This document shows, piece by piece, positions 13,801 to 28,600 of a DNA stretch of 64,000 bases. The DNA is taken from NCBI RefSeq assembly GCF_009914755.1, contig NC_060945.1. The stretch is one strand, 5' to 3'. Numbering within the stretch: position 1 is the first letter of the stretch; each line of letters starts with the position of its first letter. The notes under the pieces are model-generated. The model was not told where the DNA came from, ran no database searches, and saw only the letters and a list, made by a program, of their open reading frames with translations. The stretch comes from the human T2T-CHM13v2.0 reference genome, Homo sapiens. The position numbers and the translations under genes are program-made.

Positions 13801-16399
13801 TTATATACTGTACATAAAATATCAAAGTACTCCAAATATATATTACATACTCTACATGAAATATCAAAGTTCACAAACTATATATTATATACTGTACATA
13901 AAATATCAAAGTACCCAAGGTATATATTCTATACTGTACAAAAAATATCAAAGTACCCAAAGCATGTATTATATACAGTAAATAAAATATGAAAGTACAT
14001 CAATTATATATTTTATTCTGTAAATAATATATCAAAGTACACCAGATATATATTCTATAGTGTACATAAAATAAGAAAGTACACAAACTATAAATTATAT
14101 ACTGAACATAAAATATGAAATTACATCAAATATATATTAGGTACATAAAATATGAAAGTACATCAAATATAGATTATATACTGTACATAAAATATCAATG
14201 TACCCCAAATATATATTTTATATTCTACATGAAATATCAAAGTTCAGAAACCATATATTGTATACTGTACATAAAATATCAAAATACCCAAGGTATATAT
14301 TCTATACTGTACAAAAAATATCAAAGTACCCAAAGCATGTATTATATACTGTACATAAAATATGAAAGTACATCAAATATATATTTTATTCTGTACATAA
14401 AATATCAAAGTACACCAGATATATATTCTATAGTGTACATAAAATATCAAAGTACACAAACTATACACTATATACTGTACATAAAATATGAAATTACATC
14501 AAATATATATTAGGTACATAAAATATGAAAGTACATCAAATATAGATTATATACTGTACATAAAATATCAAAGTACCCAAATATATATCATATACTGTAC
14601 ATGAAATATCAAAGTTCACAAACTATATATTATATACTGTACATAAAATATCAAAGTACCCAAGGTATATATTCTATACTGCACAAAAAATATCAAAGTA
14701 CCCAAAGCATGTATTATATACTGTATATAAAATATGAAAGTACATGAAATATATATTTTATTCTGTACATAAAATATCAAAGTACACCAGATATATATTC
14801 TATACTGTACATAAAATAACAAAGTACACAAAGTATAAATTATATACTGTACATAAAATATGAAATTACATCAAATATATATTAGGTACATAAAATATGA
14901 AAGTACATCAAATATAGATTATATACTGTACATATAATATCAAAGTACCCCAAATATATATTTTGTACTCTACATGGAATATCAAAGTTCACAAACCATA
15001 TGTTATATACTGTACATAAAATATCATGGTACCCAAGGTATATATTCTATACTGTACAAAAAATATCAAAGTACCCAAAGCATGTATTATATACTGTACA
15101 TAAAATATGAAAGTACATCAAATATATATTTTATTCTGTACGTAAAATATCAAAGTACACCAGATATATATTCTATAGTGTACATAAAATATCAAAGTAC
15201 CCAAACTATACATTATATACTGTACATAAAATATGAAATTACATCAAATATATATTATATTAGGTACATAAAATATGAAAGTACATCAAATATAGATTAT
15301 ATACTATATAATAAAAATACCAAAGTACCCAAATATATATTTTATACTGTACATGAAATATCAAAGTTCACAAACTATATATTATATACTGTACATAAAA
15401 TATCAAAGTACCCAACGTATATATTCTATACTGTACAAAAAATATCAAAGTACCCAAAACATGTATTATATACTGTACATAAAATATGAAAGTACAACAA
15501 ATATATATTTTATTCCGTACATAAAATATCAAAGTACACCAGATATATATTCTATAGCGTACATAAAATATCAAAGTACACAGACTATACATTATATACT
15601 GTTCATAAAATATGAAATTACATCAAATATATTTTATATTAGGTACATAAAATATGAAAGTACATCAAATATAGATTATACACTGTACATTAAATACCAA
15701 AGTACCCCAAATATATATTTTATACTGTACATGAAATATCAAACTTCACAAATTATATATTATATAGTGTACATATAATATCAAAGTACCCAAGGTATAT
15801 ATTCTATACTGTACAAAAAATAACAAAGTACCAAAAGCATGTATAATATACAGTACATAAAATATGAAAGTACATCAAATATATATTTTATTCTGTACAT
15901 AAAATATCAAAGTACACCAGATATATATTCTATAGTGTACATAAAATAACAAAGTACACAATCTATAAATTATATACTGTACATAAAATATGAAATTACA
16001 TCAAATATATATTAGGTACATAAAATATGAAAGTACATCAAATATAGATTATATACTGTACATATAATATCAATGTACCCCAAATATATATTTTATACTC
16101 TACATGAAATATCAACGTTCACAAACCATATATTATATACTGTACATAAAATATCTAAGTACCCAAGGTATATGTTCTATACTGTACAAAAAATATCAAA
16201 ATACCCAAAGCATGTATTATATACTGTACATAAAATATGAAAGTACATCAAATATATATTTTATTATGTAAATAAAATATCAAAGTACACCAGATATATA
16301 TTCTATAGTGTACATAAAATATCAAAGTACCCAAACTATACATTATATACTGTACATAAAATATGAAATTACATCAAATATATATTAGGTACATAAAAT

Positions 16400-19300
16400 A
16401 TGAAAGTACATCAAATATAGATTATATACTGTACATAAAATATCAAAGTACCCCAAATATAAATTATATACTCTACATGAAATATCAAAGTTCACAAACT
16501 ATATATTATATACTGTACATAAAATATCAAAGTACCCAAGGTATATATTCTATACTGTACAAAAAATATCAAAGTACCCAAAGCATGTATTATATACTGT
16601 ATATAAAATATGAAAGTACATCAAATATATATTTTATTCTGTACATAAAATATCAAAGTACACCAGATATATATTCTATAGTGTACATAAAATAACAAAG
16701 TACACAAACTATAAATTATATACTGTACATAAAATATGAAATTACATCAAATATATATTAGGTACATAAAATATGAAAGTACATCAAATATAGATTATAT
16801 ACTGTACATAAAATATAAATGTACCCCAAATATATATTTTATACTATACATGAAATATCAAAGTTCACAAACCATATATTGTATACTGTACATAAAATAT
16901 CAAAGTACCCAAGGTATATATTCTATACTGTACAAAAAATATCAAAGTACCCAAAGCATGTATTATATACTGTACATAAAATATGAAACTACATCAAATA
17001 TATATTTTATTCTGTACATAAAATATCAAAGTACACCAGATATATATTCTATAGTGTACATAAAATTTCAAAGTACCCAAACTATACATTATGCACTGTA
17101 CATAAAATATGAAATTACATCAAATATATATTATATTAGGTACATAAAATATGAAAGTACATCAAATATAGATTATATACTGTACATAAAATATCAAATT
17201 ACCCCAAATATATATTATATACTCTACATGAAATATCAAAGTTCACAAACTATATATTATATACTGTACATAAAATATCAAAGTACCCAAGGTATATATT
17301 CTATACTGTACAAAAAATATCAAATTATCCAAACATGTATTATATACTGTATATAAAATATGAAATTACATTAAATATATATTTTATTGTGTACATAAAA
17401 TATCAAAGTACACCAGATATATATTCTATAGTGTACATAAAATATCAAAGTACGCAAACTATAAATTATATACTGTACATAAAATATGAAATTACATCAA
17501 ATATATATTAGGTACATAAAATATGAAAGTACATCAAATATAGATTATATACTGTACATAAAATATCAATGTACCCCAAATATATATTTTATACTCTACA
17601 TGAAATATCAAAGTTCACAAACCATATATTATATAATGTACATAAAATATCAAAGTACCCAAGGTATATATTCTATACTGTACAAAAAATATCAAATTAC
17701 CCAAAGCATTTATTATATACTGTACATAAAATATGAAAGTACATCAAATATATATTTTATTCTGTACATAAAATATCAAAGTACACCAGATATATATTCT
17801 ATAGTGTACATAAAATATCAAAGTACCCAAACTGTACATTATACACTGTACATAAAATATGAAATTACATCAAATATATATTATATTAGGTACATAAAAT
17901 ATGAAAGTACATCAAATATAGATTATATACTGTACATAAAATAACAAAGTACCCCGAATATATATTTTATACTGTACATGAAATATCAAAGTTCACACAC
18001 TATATATTATATACTGTACATAAAATATCAAAGTACCCAAGGTATATATTCTATACTGTACAAAAAATATCAAAGTACCCAAAGCATGTATTATATACTG
18101 TACATAAAATATGAAAGTACGTCAAATATATATTTTATACTGTACATAAAATGTCAAAGTACACCAGATATATATTCTATAGTGTACATAATATATCAAA
18201 GTACCCAAACTATACATTATATACTGTACATAAAATATGAAATTACATCAAATATATATTATATTAGGTACATAAAATATGAAAGTACATCAAATATAGA
18301 TTATATACTGTACATAAAATATCAAATTACCCCAAATATATATTATATACTCTACATGAAATATCAAAGTTCACAAACTATATATTATATACTGTACATA
18401 AAATATCCAGGTACCCAAGGTATATGTTCTATACTGTACAAAAAATATCATCGTACCCAAAGCATGTATTATATACTGTATATAAAATATGAAAGTACAT
18501 CACATATATATTTTATTCTGTACATAAAATATCAAAGTACACCAGATATATATTCTATAGTGTACATAAAATAACAAAGTACAAAAACTATAAATTTTAT
18601 GCTGTACATAAAATATGAAATTACATCAAATATATATTAGTTACATAAAATATGAAACTACATCAAATATAGATTATATACTGTACATAAAATATCAATG
18701 TACCCCAAATATATATTTTATACTCTACATGAAATATGAAAGTTCACAAACCATATATTATATACTGTACATAAAATATCAAAGTACCCAAGGTATATAT
18801 TCTATACTGTACAAAAAATATCAAAGTACCCAAAGCGTGTATCATATACTGTACATAAAATATGAAACTACATCAAATATATATTTTATTCTGTACATAA
18901 AATATCAAAGTACACCAGATATATATTCTATAGTGTACATAAAATATCAACGTACCCAAACTATACATTATATACTGTACATAAAATATGAAATTACATC
19001 AAATATATATTATATTAGGTACATAAAATATGAAAGCACATCAAATATAGATTATATACTGTACTTTAAATACCAAAATACCCCAAATATATATTTTATA
19101 CTGTACATCAAATATCAAAGTTCACAAACTATATATTATATACTGTACATAAAATATCAAAGTACCCATGGTATATATTCTATACTGTACAAAAAATATC
19201 AAAGTACCCAAAGCATGTATTATATACTGTACATAAAATATGAAAGTACACCAAATATATATTTTATTCTGTACATAAAATATCAAAGTACACCAGATAT

Positions 19301-21500
19301 ATATTCTATAGTGTACATAAAATAACAAAGTACACAAACTGTAAATTATATACTGTACATAAAATATGAAATTACATCAAATATATATTAGGTACATAAA
19401 ATATGAAAGTACATCAAATATAGATTATATACTGTACATATAATATCAATGTACCCCAAATATATATTTTATACTCTACATGAAATATCAAAGTTCACAA
19501 ACCATCCATTATATACTGTACATAAAATATCAAAGTACCCAAGGTATATATTCTATACTGTACAAAAAATATCAAAGTATCCAAAGCATGTATTTTATAC
19601 TGTACATAAAATATGAAAGTACATCAAATATATATTTTATTCTGTTCATAAAATATCAAAGTACACCAGATATATATTCTATAGTGTACATAAAATATCA
19701 AAGTACCCAAACTATACATTATATACTGTACATAAAATATGAAATTACATCAAATATATATTAGGTACATAAAATATGAAAGTACATCAAATATAGATTA
19801 TATACTGTACATAAAATATCAAAGTACCCCAAATATATACTCTACATGAAATATCAAAGTTCACAAACTATATGTTATATACTGTACATAAAATATCAAA
19901 GTACCCAAGGTATATATTCTATACTGTACAAAAAATATCAAAGTACCCAAAGCATGTATTATATACTGTACATAAAATATGAAAGTACATCAAATATATA
20001 TTTTATTCTGTACATAAAATATCAAAGTACACCAGATATATATTCTATAGTGTACATAAAATAACAAAGTACACAAACTATAAATTATATACTGTACACA
20101 AAATATGAAATTACATCAAATATATATTAGGTACATAAAATATGAAAGTACATCAAATATAGATTATATACTGTACATAAAATATCAATGTACCCCAAAT
20201 ATATATTTTATACTCTACATGAAATATCAAAGTTCACAAACCATATATTGTATAATGTACATAAAATATCAAAGTACCCAAGGTATATATTCTATACTGT
20301 ACAAAAAATATCAAATTACCCAAAGCATGTATTATATACTGTACATAAAATATGAAAGTACATCAAATATATATTTTATTCTGTACATAAAATATCAAAG
20401 TACACCAGATATATATTCTATAGTGTACATAAAATATCAAAGTACCCAAACTATGCATTATACACTGTACATAAAATATGAAATTACATCAAATATATAT
20501 TATGTTAGGTACATAAAATATGAAAGTACATCAAATATAGATTATATACTGTACATAAAATATCAAATTACCCCAAATATATATTATATACTCTACATGA
20601 AATATCAAAGTTCACAAACTATATATTATATACTGTACATAAAATATCAAAGTACCCAAGGTATATATTCTATACTGTACAAAAAATATCAAATTATCCA
20701 AACATGTATTATATACTGTATATAAAATATGAAAATACCTTAAATATATATTTTATTCTGTACATAAAATATCAAAGTACACCAGATATATATTCTATAG
20801 TGTACATAAAATAACAAAGTACGCAAACTATAAATTATATACTGTACATAAAATATGAAATTACATCAAATATATATTAGGTACATAAAATATGAAAGTA
20901 CATCAAATATAGATTATATACTGTACATATAATATCAATGTACCCCAAATATATATTTTATACTCTACATGAAATATCAAAGTTCACAAACCATACATTA
21001 TATACTGTACATAAAATATCAAAGTACCCAAGGTATATATTCTATACTGTACAAAAAATATCAAAGTACCCAAAGCATGTATTATATACTGTACATAAAA
21101 TATGAAAGTACATCAAATATATATTTTATTCTGTACATAAAATATCAAAGTACACCAGATATATATTCTATAGTGTACATAAAATAACAAAGTACACAAA
21201 CTATAAATTATATACTGTACATAAAATATGAAATTACATCAAATATATATTAGGTACATGAAATATGATAGTACATCATATATAGATTATATACTGTACA
21301 TAAAATATCAATGTACCCCAAATATATATTTTATACTCTACATGAAATATCAAAGTTGACAAACCATATATTATATAATGTACATAAAATATCAAAGTAC
21401 CCAAGGTATATATTCTATACTGTACAAAAAATATCAAATTACCCAAAGCATTTATTATATACTGTACATAAAATATGAAAGTACATCAAATATATATTTT
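16400..21500. repeat. Local super-repeat with ~3369-bp offset (partial, two copies)
   Basis: Near-identical 206-aa frames at 16736..17356 and 20105..20725 both carry the private CAAATTATCCAAACATG variant (1-bp deletion), at ~17321 and ~20690. Confidence 0.7.
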
Positions 21501-22842
21501 ATTCTGTACATAAAATATCAAAGTACACCAGATATATATTCTATAGTGTACATAAAATATCAAAGTACCCAAACTATACATTATATACTGTACATAAAAT
21601 TTGAAATTACATCAAATATATATTATATTAGGTACATAAAATATGAAAGTACATCAAATATAGATTATATACTGTACATAAAATATCAAAGTGCCCCAAA
21701 TATATATTATATACTCTACATGAAATATCAAAGTTCACAAACTATATATTATATACTGTACATAAAATATCAAAGTACCCAAGGTATATATTCTATACTG
21801 TACAAAAAATATCAAAGTATCCAAAGCATGTATTATATACTGTATATAAAATATGAAAGTACATTAAATATATATTTTATTCTGTACATAAAATATCAAA
21901 GTACACCAGATATATATTCTATAGTGTACATAAAATAACAAAGTACACAAACTATAAATTATATACTGTACATAAAATATGAAATTACATCAAATATATA
22001 TTAGGTACATAAAATATGAAAGTACATCAAATATAGATTATATACTGTACATATAATATCAAACTACCCCAAATATATATTTTATACTCTACATGAAATA
22101 TCAAAGTTCACAAACCATACATTATATACTGTACATAAAATATCAAAGTACCCAAGGTATATATTCTATACTGTACAAAAAATATCAAAGTACCCAAAGC
22201 ATGTATTTTATACTGTATTTAAAATATGAAAGTACATGAAATATATATTTTATACTGTACATAAAATATCAAAGTACACCAGATATGTATTCTATAGTGT
22301 ACATAAAATATCAAAGTTCCCAAAGTATACATTATATACTGTACATAAAATATGAAATTACATCAAATATATATTAGGTACATAAAATATGAAAGTACAT
22401 CAAATATAGATTATATACTGTACATTAAATACCAAAGAACCCCAAATATATATTATATACTCTACATGAAATATCAAAGTTCACAAACTATATATTATAT
22501 ACTGTACATAAATTATCAAAGTACCCAAGGTATATATTCTATACTGTACAAAAAATATCAAAGTACCCAAAGCATGTATTATATACTGTACATAAAATAT
22601 GAAAGTACATCAAATATATATTTTATTCTGTACATAAAATATCAAAGTACACCAGATATATATTCTATAGTGTACATAAAATATCAAAGTACCCAAACTA
22701 TACATTATATACTGTACATAAAATATGAAATTACATCAAATATATATTATATTAGGTACATAAAATATGAAAGTACATCAAATATAGATTATATACTGTA
22801 CATAAAATATCAAAGTACCCCAAATATATATTATATACTCTA

Positions 22843-23220
22843 CATGAAATATCAAAGTTCACAAACTATATATTATATACTGTACATAAAATATCAAAGT
22901 ACCCAAGGTATATATTCTATAATGTACAAAAAATATCAAAGTACCCAAAGCGTGTATTATATACTGTATATAAAATATGAAATTACATCAAATATACATT
23001 TTATTCTGTACATAAAATATCAAAGTACACCAGATATATATTCTATAGTGTACATAAAATATCAAAGTACCCAAACTATACATTATATACTGTACATAAA
23101 ATATGAAATTACATCAAATATATATTATATTAGGTACATAAAATATGAAAGTACATCAAATATAGATTATATACTGTACATTAAATACCAAATTACCCCA
23201 AATATATATTTTATACTGTA
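22843..23220. repeat. Representative canonical 378-bp 9-mer higher-order unit (A-B-C-D-E-F-G-H-I), the dominant unit across the window
   Basis: The diagnostic A-monomer start CATGAAATATCAAAGTTCAC lies at 22843 and 23221 (378 apart), and likewise at 9449 and 9827. The ORF track shows a matching 126-aa period. Confidence 0.95.
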
Positions 23221-23599
23221 CATGAAATATCAAAGTTCACAAACTATATATTATATACTGTACATAAAATATCAAAGTACCCAAGGTATATATTCTATAC
23301 TGTACAAAAAATATCAAAGTACCCAAAGCATGTATTATATACTGTACCTAAAATATGAAAGTACTTCAAATATATATTTTATTCTGTACATAAAATATCA
23401 AAGTACACCAGATATATATTCTATAGTGTACATAAAATATCAAAGTACCCAAACTATACATTATATACTGTACATAAAATATGAAATTACATCAAATATA
23501 TATTTTATTCTGTACATAAAATATCAAAGTACACCAGATATATATTCTATAGTGTACATAAAATATCAAAGTACCCAAACTATACATTATATACTGTAC

Positions 23600-25610
23600 A
23601 TAAAATATGAAATTACATCAAATATATATTATATTAGGTACATAAAATATGAAAGTACATCAAATATAGATTATATACTGTACATTAAATACCAAAGTAC
23701 CCCAAATATATATTTTATACTGTACATGAAATATCAAAGTTCACAAACTATATATTATATACTGTACATAAATTATCAAAGTACCCAATGTATATATTCT
23801 ATACTGTACAAAAAATATCAAAGTACCCAAAGCATGTATTATATACTGTACCTAAAATATGAAAGTACATCAAATATATATTTTATTCTGTACATAAAAT
23901 ATCAAAGTACACCAGATATATATTCTATAGTGTAAATAAAATATCACAGTACCCAAACTATACATTAAATACTGTAAATATATTATGAAATTACATCAAA
24001 TATATTTTATATTTGCTACATAAAATATGAAACTACATCAAATATAGATTATATAGTGTACATTAAATACCAAAGTACCCCAAATATATATTTTATACTG
24101 TACATGAAATATCAAAGTTCACAAACTATATATTATATACTGTACATAAATTATCAAAGTACCCAAGGTATATATTCTATACTGTACAAAAAATATCAAA
24201 TTACCCAAAGCTTGTATTATATACTGTACATAAAATATGAAAGTATATCAAATATATATTTTATTGTGTACATAAAATATCAAAGTACACCAGATATATA
24301 TTCTATAGTGTACATAAAATAACAAAGTACACAAACTATACATTATATACTGTACATAAAATATGAAATTACATCAAATATATATTAGGTACATAAAATA
24401 TGAAAGTACATCAAATATAGATTATATACTGTACATAAAATATCAATGTACCCCAAATATATATTTTATACTATACATGAAATATCAAAGTTCACAAACT
24501 ATATATTATATACTGTACATAAAATATCAAAGTACCCAAGGTATATATTCTATACTGTACAAAAAATATCAAAGTAACCAAAGCATGTATTATATACTGT
24601 ATATAAAATATGAAAGTACATCAAATATATATTTTATTCTGTACATAAAATATCAAAGTACACCAGATATATATTCTATAGTGTACATAAAATATCAAAG
24701 TACCCAAAATATACATTATATACTGTACATAAAATATGAAATTACATCAAATATATATTATATTAGGTACATAAAATATGAAAGTACATCAAATATAGAT
24801 TATATACTGTACATTAAATACCAAAGTACCCCAAATATATATTTTATACTGTACATGAAATATCAAAGTTCACAAACTATATATTATATACTGTACATAA
24901 ATTATCAAAGTACCCAATGTATATATTCTATACTGTACAAAAAATATCAAAGTACCCAAAGCATGTATTATATACTGTACCTAAAATATGAAAGTACATC
25001 AAATATATATTTTATTCTGTACATAAAATATCAAAGTACACCAGATATATATTCTATAGTGTAAATAAAATATCACAGTACCCAAACTATACATTAAATA
25101 CTGTAAATATATTATGAAATTACATCAAATATATTTTATATTTGCTACATAAAATATGAAAGTACATCAAATATAGATTATATAGTGTACATTAAATACC
25201 AAAGTACCCCAAATATATATTTTATACTGTACATGAAATATCAAAGTTCACAAACTATATATTATATACTGTACATAAATTATCAAAGTACCCAAGGTAT
25301 ATATTCTATACTGTACAAAAAATATCAAATTACCCAAAGCTTGTATTATATACTGTACATAAAATATGAAAGTATATCAAATATATATTTTATTGTGTAC
25401 ATAAAATATCAAAGTACACCAGATATATATTCTATAGTGTACATAAAATAACAAAGTACACAAACTATACATTATATACTGTACATAAAATATGAAATTA
25501 CATCAAATATATATTAGGTACATAAAATATGAAAGTACATCAAATATAGATTATATACTGTACATAAAATATCAATGTACCCCAAATATATATTTTATAG
25601 TATACATGAA
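23600..25610. repeat. Local duplication with 1129-bp offset (378+378+373)
   Basis: The 88-aa frames at 24056 and 25185 are identical. Shared variants are ACCCAATGTATAT (~23783/24912) and TGTAAATAAAATATCACAGT (~23931/25060). Confidence 0.85.
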
Positions 25611-28600
25611 ATATCAAAGTTCACAAACCATATATTGTATACTGTACATAAAATATCAAAGTACCCAAGGTATATGTTCTATACTGTACAAAAAATATCA
25701 AAGTACCCAAAGCATGTATTATATACTGTACATAAAATATGAAAGTACATCAAATATATATTTTATTCTGTACATAAAATATCAAAGTACACCAGATATA
25801 TATTCTATAGTGTACATAAAATAACAAAGTACACAAACTATAAATTATATACTGTACATAAAATATGAAATTACATCAAATATATATTAGGTACATAAAA
25901 TATGAAAGTACATCAAATATAGATTATATACTGTACATAAAATATCAATGTACCCCAAATATATATTTTATACTCTACATGAAATACCAAAGTTCAGAAA
26001 CCATATATTATATACTGTACATAAAATATCAAAGTACCCAAGGTATATATTCTATACTGTACAAAAAATATCAAAGTACCCAAAGCATGTATTATATACT
26101 GTACATAAAATATGAAAGTACATCAAATATATATTTTATTCTGTACATAAAATATCAAAGTACACCAGATATATATTCTATAGTGTACATAAAATATAAA
26201 AGTACCCAAACTATACATTATATACTGTACATAAAATATGAAATTACATCAAATATATATTATATTAGGTACATAAAATATGAAAGTACATCAAATATAG
26301 ATTATATATTGTACATAAAATATCAAAGTACCCCAAATATATATTATATACTCTACATGAAATATCAAAGTTGACAAACTATATATTATATACTGTACAT
26401 AAAATATCAAAGTACCCAAGGTATATATTCTATAATGTACAAAAAATATCAAAGTACCCAAAGCGTGTATTATATACTGTATATAAAATATGAAATTACA
26501 TCAAATATATATTTTATTCTGTACATAAAATATCAAAGTACACCAGATATATATTCTATAGTGTACATAAAATATCAAAGTACCCAAACTATACATTATA
26601 TACTGTACATAAAATATGAAATTACATCAAATATATATTATATTAGGTACATAAAATATGAAAGTACATCAAATATAGATTATATACTGTATATTAAATA
26701 CCAAAGTACCCCAAATATATATTTTATACTGTACATGAAATATCAAAGTTCACAAACTATATATTATATACTGTACATAAAATATCAAAGTACCCAAGGT
26801 ATATATTCTATACTGTACAAAAAATATCAAAGTACCCAAAGCATGTATTATATACTGTACCTAAAATATGAAAGTGCATCAAATATATATTTTATTCTAT
26901 ACATAAAATATCAAAGTACACCAGATATATATTCTATAGTGTACATAAAATATCAAAGTACCCAAACTATACATTATATACTGTACATAAAATATGAAAT
27001 TACATCAAATATATATTATATTAGGTACATAAAATATGAAAGTACATCAAATATAGATTATACACTGTACATAAAATATCAAAGTACCCCAAATATATAT
27101 TATATACTCTACATGAAATATCAAACTTCACAAACAATATATTATATACTGTACATAAAATAAAGTCCCCAAGGTATATATTCTATACTGTAGAAAAAAT
27201 ATCAAAGTACCCAAAGCATGTATTATATACTGTATATAAAATATGAAAGTACATCAAATATATATTTTATTCTGTACATAATATATCAAAGTACACCAGA
27301 TATATATTCTATAGTGTACATAAAATAACAAAGTACAAAAACTATAAATTATATACTGTACATAAAATATGAAATTACATCAAATATATATTAGGTACAT
27401 AAAATATGAAAGTACATCAAATATAGATTATATACTGTACATAAAATTTCAATGTACCCCAAATATATATTTTATACTCTACATGAAATATCAAAGTTCA
27501 CAAACCATATATTATATACTGTACATATAATATCAAAGTACCCAAGGTATATATTCTATACTATACAAAAAATATCAAAGTACCCAAAGCATGTATTATA
27601 TACTGTACCTAAAATATGAAAGTACATCAAATATATATTTTATTCTGTACATAAAATATCAAAGTACACCAGATATATATTCTATAGTGTACACAAAATA
27701 TCAAAGTACCCAAACTATACATTATATACTGTACATAAAATATGAAATTACATCAAATATATTTTATAATAGATACATAAAATATGAAAGTACATCAAAT
27801 ATAGATTATACACTGTACATTAAATACCAAAGTACCCCAAATATATATTTTATACTGTACATGAAATATCAAACTTCACAAATTATATATTATATAGTGT
27901 ACATATAATATCAAAGTACCCAAGGTATATATTCTATACTGTACAAAAAATAACAAAGTACCAAAAGCATGTATAATATACTGTACATAAAATATGAAAG
28001 TACATCAAATATATATTTTATTATGTACATAAAATATCAAAGTACACCAGATATATATTCTATAGTGTACATAAAATATCAAAGTACCCAAACTATACAT
28101 TATATACTGTAAATAAAATATGAAATTACAACAAATATATTTTACATTAGGTACATAAATTATGAAAGTACATCAAATATAGATTATATACTGTACATTA
28201 AATACCAAAGTACCCCAAATATATATTTTATACTGTACATGAAATATCAAAGTTCACAAACCATATATTATATACTGTACATAAATTATCAAAGTACCCA
28301 AGGTATATATTCTATACAGTACAAAAAATATCAAAGTACCCAAAGCATGTATTTTATACTGTACTTAAATATGAAAGTACATCAAATATATATTTTATTC
28401 TGTACATAAAATATCAAAGTACACCAGATATATATTCTATAGTGTAAATAAAATATCACAGTACCCAAACTATACATTAAATACTGTAAATATATTATGA
28501 AATTACATCAAATATATTTTATATTTGGTACATAAAATATGAAAGTACATCAAATATAGATTATATACTGTACATTAAATACCAAAGTACCCCAAATATA

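Noticed and set aside
3353-19337. Minus-strand ORFs as a sign of an inversion
   Set aside because: The + strand monomer reads in the same orientation throughout. These ORFs arise where local SNPs remove a reverse-strand stop.
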